Shown piece by piece: positions 17,389 to 19,532 of a DNA stretch of 19,532 bases. The stretch is taken from the NCBI GenBank assembly GCA_046296715.1, contig JBKBIN010000026.1:1-19532 (forward strand). Direction: 5' to 3'. Both the position numbers and the translations under genes were made by a program. Below the pieces are notes generated by a model. That model had not been told where the DNA came from. It searched no databases and saw only the letters and a list, made by a program, of their open reading frames with translations. This DNA comes from Candidatus Ratteibacteria bacterium (GTDB lineage Bacteria; Ratteibacteria; UBA8468; B48-G9; JAFGKM01). How positions within the stretch are numbered: the first letter of the stretch is position 1; every line of letters starts with the position of its first letter.

Positions 17389-18402
17389 ATGAATATAAAA
17401 GAATTTGCAAAGTTAACAGGATATTCAACAGCAACTATATCAAGAGTATTAAATGGAAAAGATTGTGTCTCACCAGAAACAAAAGAAAAAATTTTAAAAC
17501 TTCAAAAAAAATATAATTTTTATTTAAATAAAGTAGGAAAAGCATTATCTACAAAAAGGACAAAAATAATTGGAATAACTCTTCCATATCTGAATAAAAC
17601 TCCATCATTTGAAGATATATTTTTTCCAAATATTGTTAAAGGGATGGAAGAAGTTCTTATAGAAAATGGATATGACTTACTTCTTTTAACTTCTTTTGAA
17701 CTTGAAGAAAAACTAAATAACTACATAAGAATTTTTAAAGAAAAATCTATAGATGGTTTAATCCTTCTCAATGTTAAAAAAGATGATAAAGGACTTATTG
17801 AACTTGAAAAAACAGATTATCCTTTTATCTGTATTGGTAGAGTATCTGAAAATTATAAAGGGAGTTATGTTGATACTGATAATGTTAAAAGAGGATATAT
17901 AGGGACAGAACATTTGATAAAACAGCATAATTTAAAAAAGATTGGATATCTCGGTAATGAATTAAAGTACTTATTTAATATTGACCATTTTAATGGATAT
18001 AAACTTGCATTAATTAATAATGATATAGAGATAAAAGATGAATTTGTAAAGACAGTTCCACAAAGTATTGAAGCTGGATATAAAGGAATGAAAAAATTAA
18101 TTGAAAATGAAGTTGAAGGTGTAATCTTATTTGGAAACTTGATAACTATGGGTGCAATAGAATTCTTAAAAGAAAAACAGATAAAAATTCCTGATGATTT
18201 AAAAATAATAATAACATCTGAATTTATACCTGTTTACAATGAGAGAATTAAATTTACTCAAATTCAACAGGATGTTTCAGCACTTGGAGAAATGGCAGTT
18301 AAAATTTTAATAGAAGAGATAAATACATTAAGGAAAAGTTCAAAACAGATTGTTTTACAACCAAAATTTATAAATGGGAATAGTTGTGGATGTAATATTT
18401 AA
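17389..18402 (+). CDS. LacI/GalR-family transcriptional regulator
   Basis: [24 protein letters not shown], hinge [12 protein letters not shown], sugar-binding domain (IDGLI, YVDTDN..G, IPDDL), C-terminal SCGC. Confidence 0.96.
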   Translation: MNIKEFAKLTGYSTATISRVLNGKDCVSPETKEKILKLQKKYNFYLNKVGKALSTKRTKIIGITLPYLNKTPSFEDIFFPNIVKGMEEVLIENGYDLLLLTSFELEEKLNNYIRIFKEKSIDGLILLNVKKDDKGLIELEKTDYPFICIGRVSENYKGSYVDTDNVKRGYIGTEHLIKQHNLKKIGYLGNELKYLFNIDHFNGYKLALINNDIEIKDEFVKTVPQSIEAGYKGMKKLIENEVEGVILFGNLITMGAIEFLKEKQIKIPDDLKIIITSEFIPVYNERIKFTQIQQDVSALGEMAVKILIEEINTLRKSSKQIVLQPKFINGNSCGCNI

Positions 18403-18413
18403 TTTCTTTTTTT

Positions 18414-18459
18414 CAGGGGATTGGATAGAAAACAATTTATCAATCCCCTGTTTATATAT
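18414..18459 (+). terminator. Stem-loop after lacI: probable intrinsic terminator/attenuator or mRNA-stabilising hairpin
   Basis: CAGGGGATT (18414-22) pairs with AATCCCCTG (18442-50), with inner GATA/TATC. Followed by only TTTATATAT, a weak U-tract. Confidence 0.6.
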
Positions 18460-18481
18460 AAATAAAAAAAGGAGGTGCAAT

Positions 18482-19393
18482 ATGAAAAAGAAGTTTATAA
18501 AAAAGATGGGATTTACACTCATAGAATTGCTTGTTGTAGTTGCGATAATTGCGATTCTTGCAGCAATGTTATTACCAGCACTTGATAAAGCAAGAGAATC
18601 TGCAAGAAGATCTGTATGTTTAAATAATCTAAAACAAATTGGACTTGCCTTGCATATTTATGCTAATGATTATGATGGCTGGTTTCCTTCAAATATTGAT
18701 TCAGTTAGTTATAGAAATAGTACAGATTCATACCAAACTGGTTATGGAAATACATGGACTTTTTATAGAGATAAAAATGGACAAATTCCAAATCCAAGTA
18801 GGTCTTTAGAACTTTTGACAGGTCAATTAGATAAAACAACAAAGCAACTTGAAGGTGCTTCTTATGTAAAAAACTATTCTTTATTTATATGCCCTTCTTC
18901 AATTGCAACAGCATCTGATTCTGGATATCTTGTATGGGAACCTGGTAGGTGGGGCTCTTCAAATAATGCATATTGGTACAATACTCATTTAACTTACACT
19001 TATGCAGTCGGACTTACAAATAAAACAAACCTTTTGAAAAATTTACTTTCTGTTGATACAAATATAAAGGATAAAAATTCTCCTTCAGACATAGCAATTA
19101 TGAGCGATTTCATAGGAAACTTCGTTTGTGGGAATTTTCCAAATCCTGAAACAGGTGGATATGTAGTTCCATGTAACCCATGTCAGGTTGGAAGTGATCA
19201 CTTCGCACATTTACAAGGATACAATCCACATAAATTTGAAGGAGCAAATTTTTTATATGTTGATGGTAGTGTAAAGTGGTGGTCTTCTGTTAAAATAGGA
19301 AATAATTATGATATACCTCCGGAAGCATCTCCAAATTCATTAGGAAGAGGAAATCCTAACAGATATTCTTTAAGATTTCCTGACTGGAAATAA
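18482..19393 (+). CDS. DUF1559-like prepilin-type N-terminal cleavage/methylation protein with H-X9-DG-type motif, 303 aa
   Basis: SD AAGGAGGT (18469-76) fixes the start at ATG 18482. KMG^[62 protein letters not shown] (H-X10-DG here). Confidence 0.93.
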   Translation: MKKKFIKKMGFTLIELLVVVAIIAILAAMLLPALDKARESARRSVCLNNLKQIGLALHIYANDYDGWFPSNIDSVSYRNSTDSYQTGYGNTWTFYRDKNGQIPNPSRSLELLTGQLDKTTKQLEGASYVKNYSLFICPSSIATASDSGYLVWEPGRWGSSNNAYWYNTHLTYTYAVGLTNKTNLLKNLLSVDTNIKDKNSPSDIAIMSDFIGNFVCGNFPNPETGGYVVPCNPCQVGSDHFAHLQGYNPHKFEGANFLYVDGSVKWWSSVKIGNNYDIPPEASPNSLGRGNPNRYSLRFPDWK

Positions 19394-19406
19394 AAGGAGG
19401 TGAAAA

Positions 19407-19532
19407 ATGAAGAAAAAGAAAAATGGCTTTACTTTAATTGAACTTCTTGTAGTTGTCGCAATAATTGCGATTATGGCTGGAATTTTACTACCAGCCCTTG
19501 GAAAAGCAAGAGAATCAGCAAGAAGAGCAACC
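19407..19532 (+). CDS. Second tandem DUF1559-like prepilin protein, partial (runs off the window; absent from the ORF track)
   Basis: SD AAGGAGGT, then ATG 19407: MKKKKNG^[35 protein letters not shown]. Confidence 0.92.
   Translation, partial: MKKKKNGFTLIELLVVVAIIAIMAGILLPALGKARESARRAT

Noticed and set aside
18374..18481. 36-aa N-terminal extension of the DUF1559 ORF given in the ORF track
   Set aside because: It overlaps lacI and the hairpin. The perfect SD and class III signal peptide place the start at 18482.
18509..19532. Diversity-generating retroelement or pilin antigenic-variation cassette in the repeated prepilin 5' ends
   Set aside because: Differences are mostly synonymous and not adenine-specific, both copies have their own SD and start, and no reverse transcriptase or recombinase is present.
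1..19532. CRISPR array, tRNA/rRNA, IS element or recoded stop codons
   Set aside because: I saw no regularly spaced repeats, cloverleafs, transposase motifs or interrupted conserved genes; TGA behaves as a normal stop (ATGA overlaps).

Overview
Strongly AT-rich bacterial DNA (roughly 25-30% GC by eye), standard genetic code, gene-dense. The left half is mostly housekeeping: a partial mutarotase-like gene, gatB, an S41 C-terminal protease, a divergent polysaccharide deacetylase and tsaD on +; a minus-strand operon of a short prepilin/H-X9-DG protein, a YfcE-type phosphodiesterase, cinA and mltG; queE-queC on +; and a macrodomain plus nucleoside hydrolase pair on -. The right half (10.8 kb to the end) is an accessory carbohydrate locus: a YdjC/ChbG deacetylase, a 1456-aa secreted GH2-type hydrolase, a secreted metallophosphoesterase, a LacI regulator and at least two tandem DUF1559-like prepilin genes. 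The strongest signals are (1) an identical 17-bp LacI-type operator fused to the -10 box of two sigma70 promoters, defining a glycan-utilisation regulon whose only candidate surface/uptake genes in the window are pilin-like proteins; (2) three operon-leading genes with leaderless promoter geometry; and (3) an unexplained GC-richer fold-back element between two divergent promoters at about 8041-8144. Multiple DUF1559-like genes suggest a PVC-related or candidate-phylum organism (inference only). No rRNA, tRNA, CRISPR array or mobile element was recognised.
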